Shown here: positions 45,628 to 45,731 of the stretch, in pieces
Numbering within the stretch: the first letter of the stretch is position 1
How the letters are laid out: each line of letters starts with the position of its first letter
Source: Crocinitomicaceae bacterium
Lineage (GTDB): Bacteria > Patescibacteriota > Minisyncoccia > Phycocordibacterales > UBA1006
Reading direction: 5' to 3'
DNA length: 45,731 bases
Assembly (NCBI GenBank): GCA_047637555.1
Contig: JBLIKX010000002.1
Span: 1 to 45,731, forward strand
Program-made: the position numbers and the translations under genes
The notes under the pieces: model-generated
What the model was told of the DNA's origin: nothing
Databases searched by the model: none
What the model saw: the letters and a program-made list of their open reading frames with translations, nothing else

Positions 45628-45731
45628 ATGAAAAAAGAGACATTCTATATTTATGGTAAAAAACCAGTCGAAGAGCAACTTATGCGTAATCCAGAAAATG
45701 TGATGCGTGTTTTTATCTCAGATAAAATGGC
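45628..45731 (+). CDS. 5' fragment of a TrmH/SpoU-family RNA 2'-O-methyltransferase (RlmB-like); runs off the window
   Basis: MKKETFYIYGKKPVEEQLMRNPENVMRVFISDKM resembles the SpoU substrate-binding N-terminus (..YG.h.V.EaL......i..l). Confidence 0.5.
   Translation, partial: MKKETFYIYGKKPVEEQLMRNPENVMRVFISDKM

Noticed and set aside
45421-45678. An 85-aa minus-strand ORF.
   Set aside because: It is antisense to tRNA-Ala (its VDPTGLEPATS stretch is the classic reverse-tRNA translation) and overlaps the start of the RlmB-like gene.
1-45731. CRISPR arrays, IS elements, integrases or prophage content, and alternative genetic codes (UGA recoding as in Gracilibacteria/SR1 or Mycoplasma).
   Set aside because: The only tandem repeats are short in-frame coding repeats (12607-12630 and 25817-25843). 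No transposase or integrase-like ORF is present, and the tRNA flanks are ordinary. TGA functions as a stop at homologue-consistent positions (yaaA at 970-972, murC at 39759-39761), and all conserved genes are intact under code 11.

Overview
This is an AT-rich, gene-dense bacterial chromosomal segment with about 40 protein genes, 3 tRNAs and 1 decayed pseudogene. I saw no rRNA, CRISPR array, transposase or integrase. Standard code 11 fits, because TGA terminates yaaA and murC at homologue-consistent lengths.

The content is mostly housekeeping:
- Division, shape and peptidoglycan: ftsZ, ftsA, mreB, PBP2, murA, murC, murD, murE, murF, rseP.
- Translation: lysS, leuS, frr, rpsU, ybeY, RNA methyltransferases, tRNA-Gln, tRNA-Leu and tRNA-Ala.
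- Replication and repair: priA-like, holB-like, uvrC-like, parB.
- Nucleotide and stress metabolism: pyrG, rel, gdh, trxB, LOG, yaaA.

Several proteins are shortened or degenerate versions of their families (Rel without the distal C-terminal domains, UvrC without HhH, a P-loop-less PriA, a short delta-prime). With a lone type IV pilin, this suggests a reduced-genome lineage, possibly Patescibacteria/CPR. That assignment is inference only.

The most interesting observations:
1. A complete ParB carries a ~220-aa disordered tail ending in a MinD-like membrane-targeting motif (RKKGFFGRLFG), with no adjacent parA.
2. A true XRE-HTH::MurA fusion has a 20-bp perfect palindrome over its own promoter.
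3. Three uncharacterised genes (two divergent MYG1/DHH-like proteins around a 155-aa orphan) form a small island, with TTGACA-type promoters on the two plus-strand genes and strong hairpin terminators at the gene ends.
4. An ATP-cone::PD-(D/E)xK nuclease fusion sits back-to-back with a LOG-family gene.
5. Many genes have a -10 box 6-9 nt upstream of the ATG and no Shine-Dalgarno, implying leaderless mRNAs.

None of these could be checked against databases here.
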